A stretch of DNA of 32,000 nt from Chitinimonas sp. BJB300 (lineage in GTDB: Bacteria > Pseudomonadota > Gammaproteobacteria > Burkholderiales > Chitinimonadaceae): NCBI RefSeq assembly GCF_002735695.1, contig NZ_PDZH01000016.1, positions 1 through 32,000 of the forward strand. The letters are read 5' to 3'. The notes beneath the pieces are model-generated. The model was not told the origin of the DNA. It did no database searches and saw only the letters and a list, made by a program, of their open reading frames with translations. Positions 1-11,649 of the stretch are shown here, piece after piece (position 1 is the first letter of the stretch; every line of letters begins with the position of its first letter). A program made the position numbers and the translations under genes.

Positions 1-124
1 GAATGCCTGAGCATCAAGACGCAGAAGAACCCATTCGCACTTTGCCGCAAGTTACTGATCAACGCCTCCCGCGCGGCTTATGATCAGTTACAGCTGCTTC
101 TCGCAGCTACTGCGTAACATCAGT

Positions 125-200
125 TACCAATCGTAAACTCCGCTTCCTTGGCTGTTTTCGCCTTGTCTTGCCTTAGCTCGCGAGACTTTAGTCAGGTTCT
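125..200. repeat. Dispersed intergenic repeat, copy 1 (conserved core shared with 29970-30045)
   Basis: Hand alignment of taccaatcgtaaactccgcttccttggctgttttcgccttgtcttgccttagctcgcgagactttagtcaggttc with taccactcgtaaactccgcctcctccgtcgttttcgccttgtctcgccctagctcgcaagactttgaacagcttc gives about 62 of 75 identical positions without gaps. The copy lies just 3' of the GGDEF gene stop. Weaker similarity extends left to the window edge, where both copies begin gaat..ctg..caaag.c. Confidence 0.65.
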
Positions 201-213
201 TACACACGAATAA

Positions 214-2271
214 TCAGTGCTCGTCCTGGGTCCAGACATGGTATTGATTCTTTCCACCAGACTTGGCGTCATACATAGCAGCATCGGCACGCTGCAATAA
301 GGTCGCCCCATCGATTTTGGCGTCACCTTCATTCATGGCAATACCGATGCTGGTACTGACCTTGACGACGATGCCATTCAGGTCAAATGGCTCAGCCAGC
401 CGCTTCACGATGGCCTGTGCGATACGCTGTGTATCGCGCTCGCCATCAGCCAGCCCGGCCAGCAGAATAACGAACTCATCACCACCCAGGCGTGCCAGCG
501 TATCGCTTTCCCGTACACAAGCACCGAGACGGCTAGCTACCTGCTTGAGTAACGCATCCCCTGCTTCGTGGCCATGCCGATCATTCACCGCTTTGAATCC
601 ATCCAGATCCAGAAACAGAAGCGCAGACTGTTTCACACCGCCATCTTCAGCACCATGTACTTGCAACTTTGCCTCAAAAGCCCGCCGATTTCGCAGGCCG
701 GTCAGCACGTCATGCTCGGCCAGATGGCGCAACATGGCTTCGTGGCTGCGGCGCTCGCTGATATCTCGCAGGAAGGCACTGTACAAAAAGTATTCGCCGG
801 TACGCACCCCCGAGAGCGTCATCTCAACCGGTATCTCACCCCTATCACCGGTACAGGCAATCAACTCCAAGCGCTGTACTGTTGCTTGGTTGCCTGAAGC
901 AAGCAACAGAGCCTGCATAAACACATCTATCTGGTGCTTGGGTATCAGTCTGTCCTCCAAACGATGGCCCAGCATATCCTGGCTGGTCCAACCAAATACC
1001 AAAGCCGCTTGCCGATTCCAATCGGTGACTACTCCATCATTATTAATGGCTACAAAGGCTTCTCCTGAGCTTTCAATAATCAGTCTCGTACGTGCTTCAC
1101 TCGCGCGCAGGGTTTCCTCAGACTGGCGTCGCAGCTCCACTTCATTGGCGAGCGTTATCATCGCCTGAGTTCGTTCTACCAGTAATTGCTGGTTAAGCTG
1201 GAACTGTTGTTGATGGCTGATTGCAGCCCCAATCAGCCCGGCCATCAGTTTTAAGGTCTGAATATCGGTCAGGGAAAATGCATTGATTCGGTTACTCAGG
1301 ATTTTAAGTACCCCAACCACCTGGCCCCGATCAACGAGAGGCGTAACTACCATGCTGGCAGCCCCCACCTTTTGACACGCCGCATAGTCAACCCGTGGGT
1401 CGGTACTAGAATCGGTGCACTCCAGCATCTGGCCGGTGCGTACGCACCGGCCAGACAAACTACCTTCCATTTTTAAACGCAACCCAACATAGGGCTGGAC
1501 GGTGCCGCTGGCAGACCGGTAGACCATCTGGTCACCCTCGGCCAACTCAACCACGGCACCCGTCGCCGGCGTAAGCATGAGCATTCGTTCTACGACGATG
1601 ATCATGAAACCTTCCAGTTCCAGTTCCGCCTGAGCCAAGTGCGACTGGGTGGTAATGACCTCGTTCAGATGCAGCGTTTGCTGCTCCAGCTTGGTAATCG
1701 CCTCGCTACGCTCCTGCATCGCATCCAGTAGATGGTTGCTCAGCGCAAGTGCAGCATTAGCGCGCTCTTCCAGTAAATCTTGAGCATCTGAGCTTGCTTG
1801 GCTAATACCATAGATGTCTATATCTGTACTGGTGCCAAACCATTGCAACGTCACACCGGCGGACGATCGAATCGGCACCGCATGATGAAGATGTCGTCGC
1901 CATGAGCCATCACTTGCGCGGCATAACCGGGCTTCCAGTTCAAACGGCGTATTGTCTGCGCATGAGGTAGCCCAACAAGCAATCCAAGCCGCCAAATCAT
2001 CGGCATGCAACGAACTTTCGAATGGATAGCTCGACTCATCGCCCCCCAGCCCCACCACCGAGAAGGAATGCCAGCGCTTGTTAACGTAATTCACACGCCC
2101 ATCGGCATCAGCCGTCCAAACGATCTGAGGCATAAGGTCCGCGAGCATGCGAAAGCGCTTATCGCTGGATAAAGCTGCAGCCTCAGAAGGGGGGGAGGGA
2201 CTTGGATTAGTCATCGTGCCATCACAACCAGGGTTGCGTACCTGTGACCCGGGCGATCCTCTCCATATCAT
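214..2271 (-). CDS. PAS-GAF-PAS-GGDEF diguanylate cyclase (no EAL domain)
   Basis: 685-aa ORF. N-terminal PAS-like segment (MPQIVWTADADGRVNYVNKRW), coiled-coil linker, GAF-like middle, and a second PAS (IIESSGEAFVAINNDGVVTDWN). The C-terminal GGDEF domain has RLGGDEF, with an RxxD I-site (RESD) five residues upstream. The start is ambiguous (ATG 2271 or ATG 2214, MTNPSPS); neither has a clear SD. Confidence 0.85.
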   Translation of the reverse strand: MIWRGSPGSQVRNPGCDGTMTNPSPSPPSEAAALSSDKRFRMLADLMPQIVWTADADGRVNYVNKRWHSFSVVGLGGDESSYPFESSLHADDLAAWIACWATSCADNTPFELEARLCRASDGSWRRHLHHAVPIRSSAGVTLQWFGTSTDIDIYGISQASSDAQDLLEERANAALALSNHLLDAMQERSEAITKLEQQTLHLNEVITTQSHLAQAELELEGFMIIVVERMLMLTPATGAVVELAEGDQMVYRSASGTVQPYVGLRLKMEGSLSGRCVRTGQMLECTDSSTDPRVDYAACQKVGAASMVVTPLVDRGQVVGVLKILSNRINAFSLTDIQTLKLMAGLIGAAISHQQQFQLNQQLLVERTQAMITLANEVELRRQSEETLRASEARTRLIIESSGEAFVAINNDGVVTDWNRQAALVFGWTSQDMLGHRLEDRLIPKHQIDVFMQALLLASGNQATVQRLELIACTGDRGEIPVEMTLSGVRTGEYFLYSAFLRDISERRSHEAMLRHLAEHDVLTGLRNRRAFEAKLQVHGAEDGGVKQSALLFLDLDGFKAVNDRHGHEAGDALLKQVASRLGACVRESDTLARLGGDEFVILLAGLADGERDTQRIAQAIVKRLAEPFDLNGIVVKVSTSIGIAMNEGDAKIDGATLLQRADAAMYDAKSGGKNQYHVWTQDEH

Positions 2272-2484
2272 CTAATGGATGGTTTCAATATACCTCTGTT
2301 ATTCGCCTCATGATGCCTCAATCATTCTTGGAATTGAATTACGGACTCAATAGAGGGCAGTACAAGCGCGAATTCATCTGTATGTTTCTATTGGCAGACC
2401 TCCTTTCTGAGCGGCGAAGTCCTGTGTCGTAAAGACAATTTAACGGTTGCCATAAAACCAGCACTGAGTGAAGACAGGCGCGCG

Positions 2485-3087
2485 ATGCTGCTAGAGACCG
2501 CTGACGGTCAAATCAGTGCGGTCCTGACACCAGTACTCATAGACAAGCTGAATCTGTATCGAGACCAGAACCTGTCTGAACAGGTGTTACGGCAGAAGCT
2601 GCGTGAGGGGTACGTGGAGCTGCACGGCGCAGACTACGTTTTCTATTTTTCAGAAACGGCAAAGCGAGTCTTGCTTGAGGAAACACCATTACACACGATT
2701 CGTCAATTGAGCGCAGCAGATGAGGCTATATTCGCCGAATTCCAGTCCTCAGCCTCCGAGCAAGACCTGGGCGACGCTTATGTCGAACTTGACCACTGGG
2801 CGGTCTTTGGCGCCTTCGAGAACGAGCGCCTAGTTTGCGCCGCAAGTATGTACCCGTGGGAAGGCCAGAAAATTGCAGACCTTGGCGTGCTTACGCTACC
2901 ACCGTTCCGTGGTAAGGGCTACGCGAGTAAGGTGGTACGTGCAATCAGCTGCTATGCCTGCAATTTGGGGTATGAGCCACAATACCGTTGCCAAATTGAT
3001 AATCACGCGTCCATTGCATTGGCAAAGAAGGCGGGGCTGACCCAGCTTGGGAAGTGGGAAGTGATCTCTCCCGACTCCGCTGAATAA
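2485..3087 (+). CDS. GNAT-family N-acetyltransferase
   Basis: 200-aa ORF. The C-terminal half carries the GNAT acetyl-CoA binding motif A pattern (VLTLPPFRGKGYASKVVRAI), followed by a beta-strand/helix region typical of the fold. It is convergent with the LysR pseudogene. Confidence 0.7.
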   Translation: MLLETADGQISAVLTPVLIDKLNLYRDQNLSEQVLRQKLREGYVELHGADYVFYFSETAKRVLLEETPLHTIRQLSAADEAIFAEFQSSASEQDLGDAYVELDHWAVFGAFENERLVCAASMYPWEGQKIADLGVLTLPPFRGKGYASKVVRAISCYACNLGYEPQYRCQIDNHASIALAKKAGLTQLGKWEVISPDSAE

Positions 3088-3109
3088 ATACTGGCAGCCC
3101 CCGCCTCTA

Positions 3110-4080
3110 TCAGATTGCCTCCGCTGCTACTGCTTCGATCTGCGACCGCAGCCAGAACAAAGCCGGATCACAGTCGCGGGTGGCATGCCAAATCAGGTCA
3201 ACGGTGAAGCTGGGTAGCGCCAGGGGTATGGGCGATGTCGCGAGGCTGAAATTGCTCCGCCAGCACCTCAGGCACGCAGGCCAAGACCGGTAAATGCCGT
3301 AGCAGGTCGGGCAAAACCCCAAAATGCGGCGTGGTATAGGTCGCGTGGCGCGTTAGGCCCTGTTCGGACAGGACACGGTCCCACCACGCCTTCGTTGGCG
3401 ACACGGTAGGTGACCAGTAGATGCGGAAATGCGAGGAATTGTTCGAGCGTCAGCGGCAACGCCAGTCCGATCTGTTGCGGGTCGTAGGTACACGCGAACC
3501 CCATTTTCCGCAGCGGCTGGGCATAGCATGGCGGCGTGTCGCTATCGAAGGTGGAAGACGAAGGCAGAATCGCCAACGCTATCTCGTCCTGGTCCAGCAT
3601 CGCTTGGACCTGAAACGGATCGGAGGTCTTCACGGCGATGCGCAGTCCCGGTGCCAGTTGCTGCAGCCGTGTGAAAAGCCGTGGCATCAGGCAGATTTCA
3701 ATCCAGTCGGGCATGCCGAGTACGAAAGTCCGTTCAGCCTTGGTCGGGTCGAACACGGTCGGCTCAAACAGCACCGACTGGATGTTGGCAAGGGCTGGCT
3801 TCAGCGCGGCTTCAAGTTCCAGCGCCTTGACCGTCGGCACCATACCCTGAGCAGTTCGCACCAGTAGCGGATCGTCGAACAGGGTGCGCAAACGCGCCAA
3901 AGCGGCACTAACAGCTGGTTGGCCCAGATACAGCTTCTCGGCAGCCCGCGATACGCTACGTTCGCGCAACAACACCAGCAAGGTCACTAATAGATTGAGA
4001 TCGACCCGTCTTAAATCGATTTCCTTGATGATTATTATCTCTTCAATCGATTTGAATAATGGAGGCGCTGATTGGATCAT
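3110..4080 (-). pseudogene. LysR-family transcriptional regulator, disrupted by two frameshifts
   Basis: LysR-like sequence is spread over three minus-strand ORFs in three different frames. ORF 3268-4107 has the wHTH (VDLNLLVTLLVLLRERSVSRAAEKLYLGQPAVSAALARLR) and most of the effector domain, then degenerates after ...LLVTYRVANEGVV. ORF 3198-3404 continues in register (DRVLSEQGLTRHATYTTPHFGVLPDLLRHLPVLACVPEVLAEQF). ORF 3110-3322 supplies the C-terminus (LATSPIPLALPSFTVDLIWHATRDCDPALFWLRSQIEAV). Frame changes fall near 3380-3383 (CCC run) and about 3240-3260. The start is uncertain (ATG 4080 or TTG 4107). Confidence 0.7.
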
Positions 4081-4153
4081 TGCGGCACTCGCCGACGCAA
4101 GGCCCAACGCCAGCAGATGGCCCGCACAACAACCGAATCAAGAGGATGAGTCC

Positions 4154-5143
4154 ATGACCGCTTTGAACACTACCGTGCTCCGCTCTACCCTGATCGCTGC
4201 CTTGTCGGCATTGCCAGCGGTCGGTCTGACGCTCGTGCCGCAAATTGGCCACGCCGCCGTACCTCAGGTCAAAACACAGGCGCCCGGCTACTACCGCATG
4301 ATGTTGGGGGATTTCGAGATTACCGCCCTGTCTGACGGCACCATCACGCTGCCACTGGAAAAACTGCTGACCGACACCACGCCAGCACAGATCCGCAACC
4401 TCCAGGCACGCGCCAATCTGGGCAGCGAGGTGGAAACATCGATAAACACCTACTTGATCAACACCGGGTCGCAATTGCTACTGGTCGACACCGGTGCTGG
4501 CCGGCTGTTTGGCAGCAAAGGCGGCGGCCGGCTACTGGCCAGCCTGCAAGCAGCGGGCTATCGCGCCGAAGACGTCGATGCCGTGCTGTTGACCCATGTC
4601 CACGGGGACCATTCGGGCGGCCTGACGCTGGACGGCAAGATGGTCTTCCCTAACGCCACCATCTACACCGACAAGCGCGAAACCGAGTTCTGGCTTAATC
4701 CCGCCAACGAGGCCAAAGCGGCACAACGCCATAAACATAGCTTCCCCGAAGCGACCACAGCGCTTGCTCCCTATGCCGCCGCCGACCGCCTGAAGACCTT
4801 TGCCGGGGATACCGAGCTGTTCCCTGGCGTACGCAGTGTTGCCGTACCAGGCCATACGCCAGGTCATACCTTCTACGTGGTGGAAAGCAAAGGCCAGCAA
4901 CTGCAATTCTGGGGCGACACCGTCCACGCCCAGCATGTGCAACTCCCCAAACCGGCGGTGACAATCCAGTTCGACATCGACAGCCCGGCCGCGGCGAAGC
5001 AGCGCAAACGCGTAATTGCCGACGCGGCGGCGAAGCAATACTGGGTCGCGGCCGCGCATATCGCCTTCCCGGGCATCGGCCATCTGCGCAAGGAAACGTC
5101 GGGATTCACCTGGGTGCCAGCGAATTACACAATTCCACGTTGA
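4154..5143 (+). CDS. Secreted MBL-fold metallo-hydrolase (lactonase / beta-lactamase superfamily)
   Basis: ATG at 4154 is preceded by AGAGGA about 8 nt upstream. The N-terminus MTALNTTVLRSTLIAALSALPAVGLTLVPQIGHA-AV looks like a Sec signal peptide. HxHxDH zinc motif is present (LLTHVHGDHSGG), with downstream His (VPGHTPGH). The track ORF from 3884 is an upstream over-extension overlapping the LysR gene. Confidence 0.85.
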   Translation: MTALNTTVLRSTLIAALSALPAVGLTLVPQIGHAAVPQVKTQAPGYYRMMLGDFEITALSDGTITLPLEKLLTDTTPAQIRNLQARANLGSEVETSINTYLINTGSQLLLVDTGAGRLFGSKGGGRLLASLQAAGYRAEDVDAVLLTHVHGDHSGGLTLDGKMVFPNATIYTDKRETEFWLNPANEAKAAQRHKHSFPEATTALAPYAAADRLKTFAGDTELFPGVRSVAVPGHTPGHTFYVVESKGQQLQFWGDTVHAQHVQLPKPAVTIQFDIDSPAAAKQRKRVIADAAAKQYWVAAAHIAFPGIGHLRKETSGFTWVPANYTIPR

Positions 5144-5150
5144 TGTAACA

Positions 5151-5190
5151 AGGGCGCGTCCACGGCAACCCCGTCGACGCGCCCTGTTTC
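5151..5190. terminator. GC-rich hairpin between convergent MBL and glmS genes (putative bidirectional terminator)
   Basis: GGGCGCGTCCACGG (5152-5165), loop CAACC, CCGTCGACGCGCCC (5171-5184): a 14-bp stem with one mismatch, followed by TGTTTC on the plus strand. The U-tract is weak in both directions. Confidence 0.5.
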
Positions 5191-5220
5191 CACTCAGAAC
5201 ACGCGTTTAGTGACCTAACG

Positions 5221-7047
5221 CTATTCAACCGTAACCGACTTGGCCAAGTTACGTGGTTTATCGACGTCGGTACCACGTGCCAGCGCGGTATGGTAGGCCA
5301 ATAACTGGACGGGAATGGCATGTACAACTGGGCTGAGCACGCCAACGTGGCGTGGGGTGCGGATGACGTGGACGCCTTCCGATTCGCCAAAGCCACTGTC
5401 GAGATCAGCAAAGACGAAAAGCTCACCGCCACGGGCACGAACTTCCTGCATGTTCGACTTCACTTTTTCCAGCAGTGCGTCGTTAGGGGCGATCACCACA
5501 ACGGGCATGTCTTCGTCCACCAGGGCTAGTGGCCCGTGCTTGAGTTCACCGGCGGCATAAGCTTCAGCATGGATGTAGGTGATTTCCTTGAGCTTGAGCG
5601 CACCTTCCATAGCAATGGGGTAATGAACACCACGGCCCAGATAGAGCGAGTGCTGCTTGGGCGCAAAGCGATCTGCCCAGGGTTTGATTTGCGGTTCAAG
5701 GTTCAACGCATGCTGCACGCTGCCGGGCAACTGGCGCAGATCGTCCAAATAGCGTTGTTCTTGGTCGTTACTCAAGCGATTGTTGAGCTTGCCCAATGTT
5801 ACCGCCAGGGTAAACAAGGCTGCCAGCTGAGTGGTGAAGGCCTTGGTGGAGGCAACGCCAATCTCGGCCCCGGCACGGGTATAGAACACCAGCTTGCTGG
5901 CACGAGGAATGGCTGACTCCTGTACATTGCAAATCGACAGGCTGAGACTGTGGCCAAGTGATTGGGCGTATTTCAGTGCTTCCATGGTGTCCAGCGTTTC
6001 GCCAGACTGCGAGATGGTGACAATCAGATACTTGGGATTGGCAACGGCTTCGCGGTACCGATATTCACTGGCGATTTCGACGGTGCAGGGTAGCTTGGCA
6101 ATGCTTTCTATCCAGTACTTAGCAACCGAACCTGCGTAGAAGCTGGTACCACAGGCGAGGATTTGCACGCCTTGCACCTGGCTAAGCAGTTCGCCCCCTG
6201 TATCGCCGAACAACGCGGGGCTGAAGCCTTGTTCCAACACCTGTTCAATTGTATCGGCCAGGGCTTTGGGTTGTTCGTGGATTTCCTTTTGCATGAAGTG
6301 GCGGTACGGACCAAGCTCCAGCGAAGCCAATGAGACTTCCGACAAGCGCACGGCACGTTCAACCTCCTCACCTGCTTGATCAAAGATGCATACGCTATTG
6401 GTTGTAAGCGCCCCAACATCACCCTCTTCCAGGAAGATCACTTTACGGGTGGCGGCAAGTACAGCAGAGACATCCGATGCGATAAAGTTTTCGCCTTCAC
6501 CCAAGCCAATCAGCAATGGGCAACCCATGCGGGCACAAACCAGCAGGTTGGGCTGTTTGATGGCGATGACGCCAATAGCGTAGGCACCGTGCAATTCTCG
6601 CACCGCTTTTTGCACAGCCGCCAGCAACTCACCGGTTTCCTTGAGGTAGTGTTCGACCAAATGGGCGATGACTTCGGTGTCGGTTTGGGATTCGAAGACA
6701 TAGCCAAGCGCCTTTAAACGTTGGCGTTGCTCGTCGTGATTCTCGATGATGCCGTTGTGCACCACCGCAACTTGCTTGGAAATATGTGGGTGAGCGTTGG
6801 GTTCGGTCACCCCGCCATGGGTAGCCCACCGCGTATGACCAATCCCCAGCTTGCCTTGCAGGCTTTCCGCTTGGACGGCATTTTCCATCTCAGCCACGCG
6901 GCCAACACGGCGCACCCGCTGCAGTGCACCATCAACCAGTACTGCCACGCCCGATGAGTCGTAGCCGCGATATTCCAGCCGCTTCAGGCCATCAATTAGA
7001 TGAGCAACAACATTACGCTGCGCTATCGCGCCGACAATTCCGCACAT
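5221..7047 (-). CDS. glmS: Glutamine--fructose-6-phosphate aminotransferase (isomerizing)
   Basis: Begins MCGIVGA (the obligatory N-terminal Cys nucleophile) with AGGAG 8 nt upstream. The track start at 7056 is a GTG three codons upstream. Two SIS domains are present, with the universal C-terminus ...KSVTVE. Length is 608 aa. Confidence 0.97.
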   Translation of the reverse strand: MCGIVGAIAQRNVVAHLIDGLKRLEYRGYDSSGVAVLVDGALQRVRRVGRVAEMENAVQAESLQGKLGIGHTRWATHGGVTEPNAHPHISKQVAVVHNGIIENHDEQRQRLKALGYVFESQTDTEVIAHLVEHYLKETGELLAAVQKAVRELHGAYAIGVIAIKQPNLLVCARMGCPLLIGLGEGENFIASDVSAVLAATRKVIFLEEGDVGALTTNSVCIFDQAGEEVERAVRLSEVSLASLELGPYRHFMQKEIHEQPKALADTIEQVLEQGFSPALFGDTGGELLSQVQGVQILACGTSFYAGSVAKYWIESIAKLPCTVEIASEYRYREAVANPKYLIVTISQSGETLDTMEALKYAQSLGHSLSLSICNVQESAIPRASKLVFYTRAGAEIGVASTKAFTTQLAALFTLAVTLGKLNNRLSNDQEQRYLDDLRQLPGSVQHALNLEPQIKPWADRFAPKQHSLYLGRGVHYPIAMEGALKLKEITYIHAEAYAAGELKHGPLALVDEDMPVVVIAPNDALLEKVKSNMQEVRARGGELFVFADLDSGFGESEGVHVIRTPRHVGVLSPVVHAIPVQLLAYHTALARGTDVDKPRNLAKSVTVE

Positions 7048-7221
7048 GGGATTCACTCCTGAAAAGTATTTTTTGCAAGTCTAGGCAGACTTTGACATGC
7101 CGTGAGTATGTTTTCGTCATTGCCAATTGATTTCAAATTATACATTTGGCATACAAGCGCAGCTCTGCAGGCTTACTAACCATTTTCAGGGTTGCAAGCT
7201 AACTGCCTGTAACAAACGCGA

Positions 7222-7253
7222 TAGCAAAAACGACAACGGCCGCGATTGCGGCC
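7222..7253 (-). terminator. Putative intrinsic terminator downstream of glmU
   Basis: On the minus strand: GGCCGC aatc GCGGCC (7253-7238), followed by GTTGTCGTTTTTGC. It lies about 75 nt after the glmU stop. Confidence 0.45.
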
Positions 7254-7327
7254 ATTGCATGCTGCTTTATAGCGCATGGAACCTGCATGCGAACGCTGCA
7301 TACGTCCATAAAGTTGGGTAATAGCCT

Positions 7328-8701
7328 CTAGGCCTTGGTGATTTTCTGCGGTTTCTTCCACCCAAGCAGCGACTTTTGCTCGCGCGCCCGACAAACCGTC
7401 AGCGCATCAGCTGGCGCATCTTTCGTAATCGTAGAGCCCGCACCGATATAGGCACGATCCGCAATAGTAACGGGCGCTACCAGCTGGCTGTCCGTCCCAA
7501 TAAAGGCGTCGTCACCAATCGTGGTAACGAATTTGTTTGCGCCGTCGTAATTGCAGGTAATCACACCGGCAGAGATATTAACCCGCTCGCCAATTACCGC
7601 ATCGCCCAGATACGAGAGGTGTCCAGCCTTGGTGCCATTACCCAGCGTGGCTTTTTTGATCTCCACGAAGTTGCCGATATGCACCTTCTCGCCCAGCACC
7701 GAGTCAGGTCGGATACGGGCGAAGGGGCCCAGGTCGGACCCAGCCCCAACTATGCTGTCCTCAATCACGGTATTGGCTTTGACGACAACGCCGTCGCCCA
7801 ACGTCGCATTCTTCAGGTAGACGTTCGGGCCAATCTTTACGCCGTTGCCGAACTTGATCTTACCTTCCAGAATAACATTGACGTCGATTTCCACATCTTG
7901 GCCGTGTTCCACAGTACCGCGTAAATCAAAGCGACTCGGGTCCAGTAACGTAACACCACCCGCTAATAACTTGTCGGCTTGGCGGCGTTGATAAACCCGT
8001 TCCAGCTCGGCAAGCTGGCGCTTGTCGTTCACGCCAGCGGGCTCCCAAACATCTGCCGCAATCACACCAGTGACCGCAACACCGTTTTCTACCGCCATCG
8101 CTATCACATCAGTTAGATAGTACTCACCTTGCGCATTGGCATTCTTCAAGCGGGGAAGCCATTCGCGCAAATAGGTAAGTGGGGCTGCGATAAAACCGGT
8201 GTTAATCTCCCGGATCGCCTTCTCAGCATCACTGGCATCCTTCTGCTCGACAATACGGACAATTTGACCTGCCGAATCCCGAACCATGCGGCCATAGCCC
8301 GTCGGGTTGTCCATCACCGCTGTCAAAACAGCGAGTTTGTTGTCCCCTGCTGCTGCCAGTAGGGTTTGCAAGGTCGATGCTGTAATCAACGGGCAGTCGC
8401 CGTACAAAATCAACGCTACCCCCTCGCTACAATCCGGTAGCGCCTGTGCAACCGCATGGCCCGTACCCAATTGCTCGGCTTGATGCGCCCAACGTATGTC
8501 AGGCTGGCGTGCAAAGGCTGCCTTTACCTGTTCACCCCCATGCCCATACACCACCACCATACGCTCGGCAGACAGGGCACGGCCAGCCTCCACCACGTGG
8601 CCCAACATCGGCATGCCTGCAATAGGCTGCAGCACCTTTGGCAGCTTGGAATTCATACGCTTGCCTTGGCCGGCAGCGAGGATGATGACGTTTAATGACA
8701 T
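7328..8701 (-). CDS. glmU: Bifunctional UDP-N-acetylglucosamine diphosphorylase / glucosamine-1-phosphate N-acetyltransferase
   Basis: 457 aa. N-terminal nucleotidyltransferase signature MSLNVIILAAGQGKRMNSKLPKVL, and a C-terminal left-handed beta-helix with hexapeptide repeats. Confidence 0.96.
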   Translation of the reverse strand: MSLNVIILAAGQGKRMNSKLPKVLQPIAGMPMLGHVVEAGRALSAERMVVVYGHGGEQVKAAFARQPDIRWAHQAEQLGTGHAVAQALPDCSEGVALILYGDCPLITASTLQTLLAAAGDNKLAVLTAVMDNPTGYGRMVRDSAGQIVRIVEQKDASDAEKAIREINTGFIAAPLTYLREWLPRLKNANAQGEYYLTDVIAMAVENGVAVTGVIAADVWEPAGVNDKRQLAELERVYQRRQADKLLAGGVTLLDPSRFDLRGTVEHGQDVEIDVNVILEGKIKFGNGVKIGPNVYLKNATLGDGVVVKANTVIEDSIVGAGSDLGPFARIRPDSVLGEKVHIGNFVEIKKATLGNGTKAGHLSYLGDAVIGERVNISAGVITCNYDGANKFVTTIGDDAFIGTDSQLVAPVTIADRAYIGAGSTITKDAPADALTVCRAREQKSLLGWKKPQKITKA

Positions 8702-8803
8702 GAAAAGCCCGCAAACGAAAATTGAAGTAGAGCCGGATTATCGTAGCGTGGGCTGAAAAGGGAAACCAGGACCGTATAATCTAGGTTTCATTAGGCGCAA
8801 CCG

Positions 8804-8834
8804 CAAAACAAAAGGGCAACCCGAAGGCTGCCCC
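8804..8834 (-). terminator. Intrinsic terminator of the atp operon
   Basis: On the minus strand: GGGCAGCC ttcg GGTTGCCC (8-bp stem including one G-U, UUCG loop), followed by TTTTGTTTTG. It lies about 20 nt after the atpC stop. Confidence 0.8.
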
Positions 8835-8858
8835 TTTATTTGACAACCAGAAGACTGA

Positions 8859-9284
8859 TCAAGCGCGGTTACGCAACTTTTTGATCGCAGCCAGCTGGGC
8901 GACAGCCTGCGCCAGTTCGGCCTGAGCCGAGGCGTAGTCAATCGAACCCGAACGGTTGCTCAGTGCTTCTTCGGCCAGCTTCTTGGCTTCCAACGCTTTC
9001 GCTTCATCAAGGTCGCTACCGCGAATCGCAGTGTCGGCCAAAACCGTCACCACATGCGGTTGTACTTCAAGGATGCCGCCAGACACATAGACCAGCACTT
9101 CCTCGTCGTTGCTATTGGCGACCTTGATACGCAGCACACCCGGTTTGATACGGGTAAGCAGCGGAGCGTGGCGCGGCAGCACGCCGATTTCGCCCATCTC
9201 GCCTGGCGCCGCCAAAAATTCGGCAGTACCGGAGTAGATCTGCTCTTCAGCGCTTACTACGTCCACATGCATGGTCATGGCCAT
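8859..9284 (-). CDS. atpC: F0F1 ATP synthase subunit epsilon
   Basis: 141 aa ([14 protein letters not shown]...GGILEVQP...). It is the last gene of the atp operon. Confidence 0.93.
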   Translation of the reverse strand: MAMTMHVDVVSAEEQIYSGTAEFLAAPGEMGEIGVLPRHAPLLTRIKPGVLRIKVANSNDEEVLVYVSGGILEVQPHVVTVLADTAIRGSDLDEAKALEAKKLAEEALSNRSGSIDYASAQAELAQAVAQLAAIKKLRNRA

Positions 9285-9295
9285 ATCTCGCTACC

Positions 9296-11621
<2,326 letters not shown>

Positions 11622-11649
11622 GACTTGACCTTTCTCTCGTTAGATCAAA

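Noticed and set aside
2244-2432. 62-aa plus-strand ORF in the GGDEF/GNAT divergent intergenic region.
   Set aside because: It overlaps the GGDEF N-terminus, sits in AT-rich promoter-like DNA, has no SD and no recognisable motifs. It is most likely non-coding.
5144-5220. Tn7-like insertion or attTn7 scar downstream of glmS.
   Set aside because: The spacer is 77 bp and contains only a GC-rich hairpin. There are no TGT...ACA transposon ends, no repeated TnsB-type 22-mers and no tns genes nearby.
7147-7162. Sigma-54-like TGGCAT-N-GCA element on the plus strand in the glmU-glmS spacer.
   Set aside because: The GG/GC spacing is off by one from the -24/-12 consensus, the TTGC is missing, and there is no downstream plus-strand gene to drive.
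7048-7327. glmS ribozyme in the glmS leader.
   Set aside because: The glmS ribozyme is essentially a Gram-positive feature, and I could not recognise its conserved core in this leader. A covariance-model scan would be needed for certainty.
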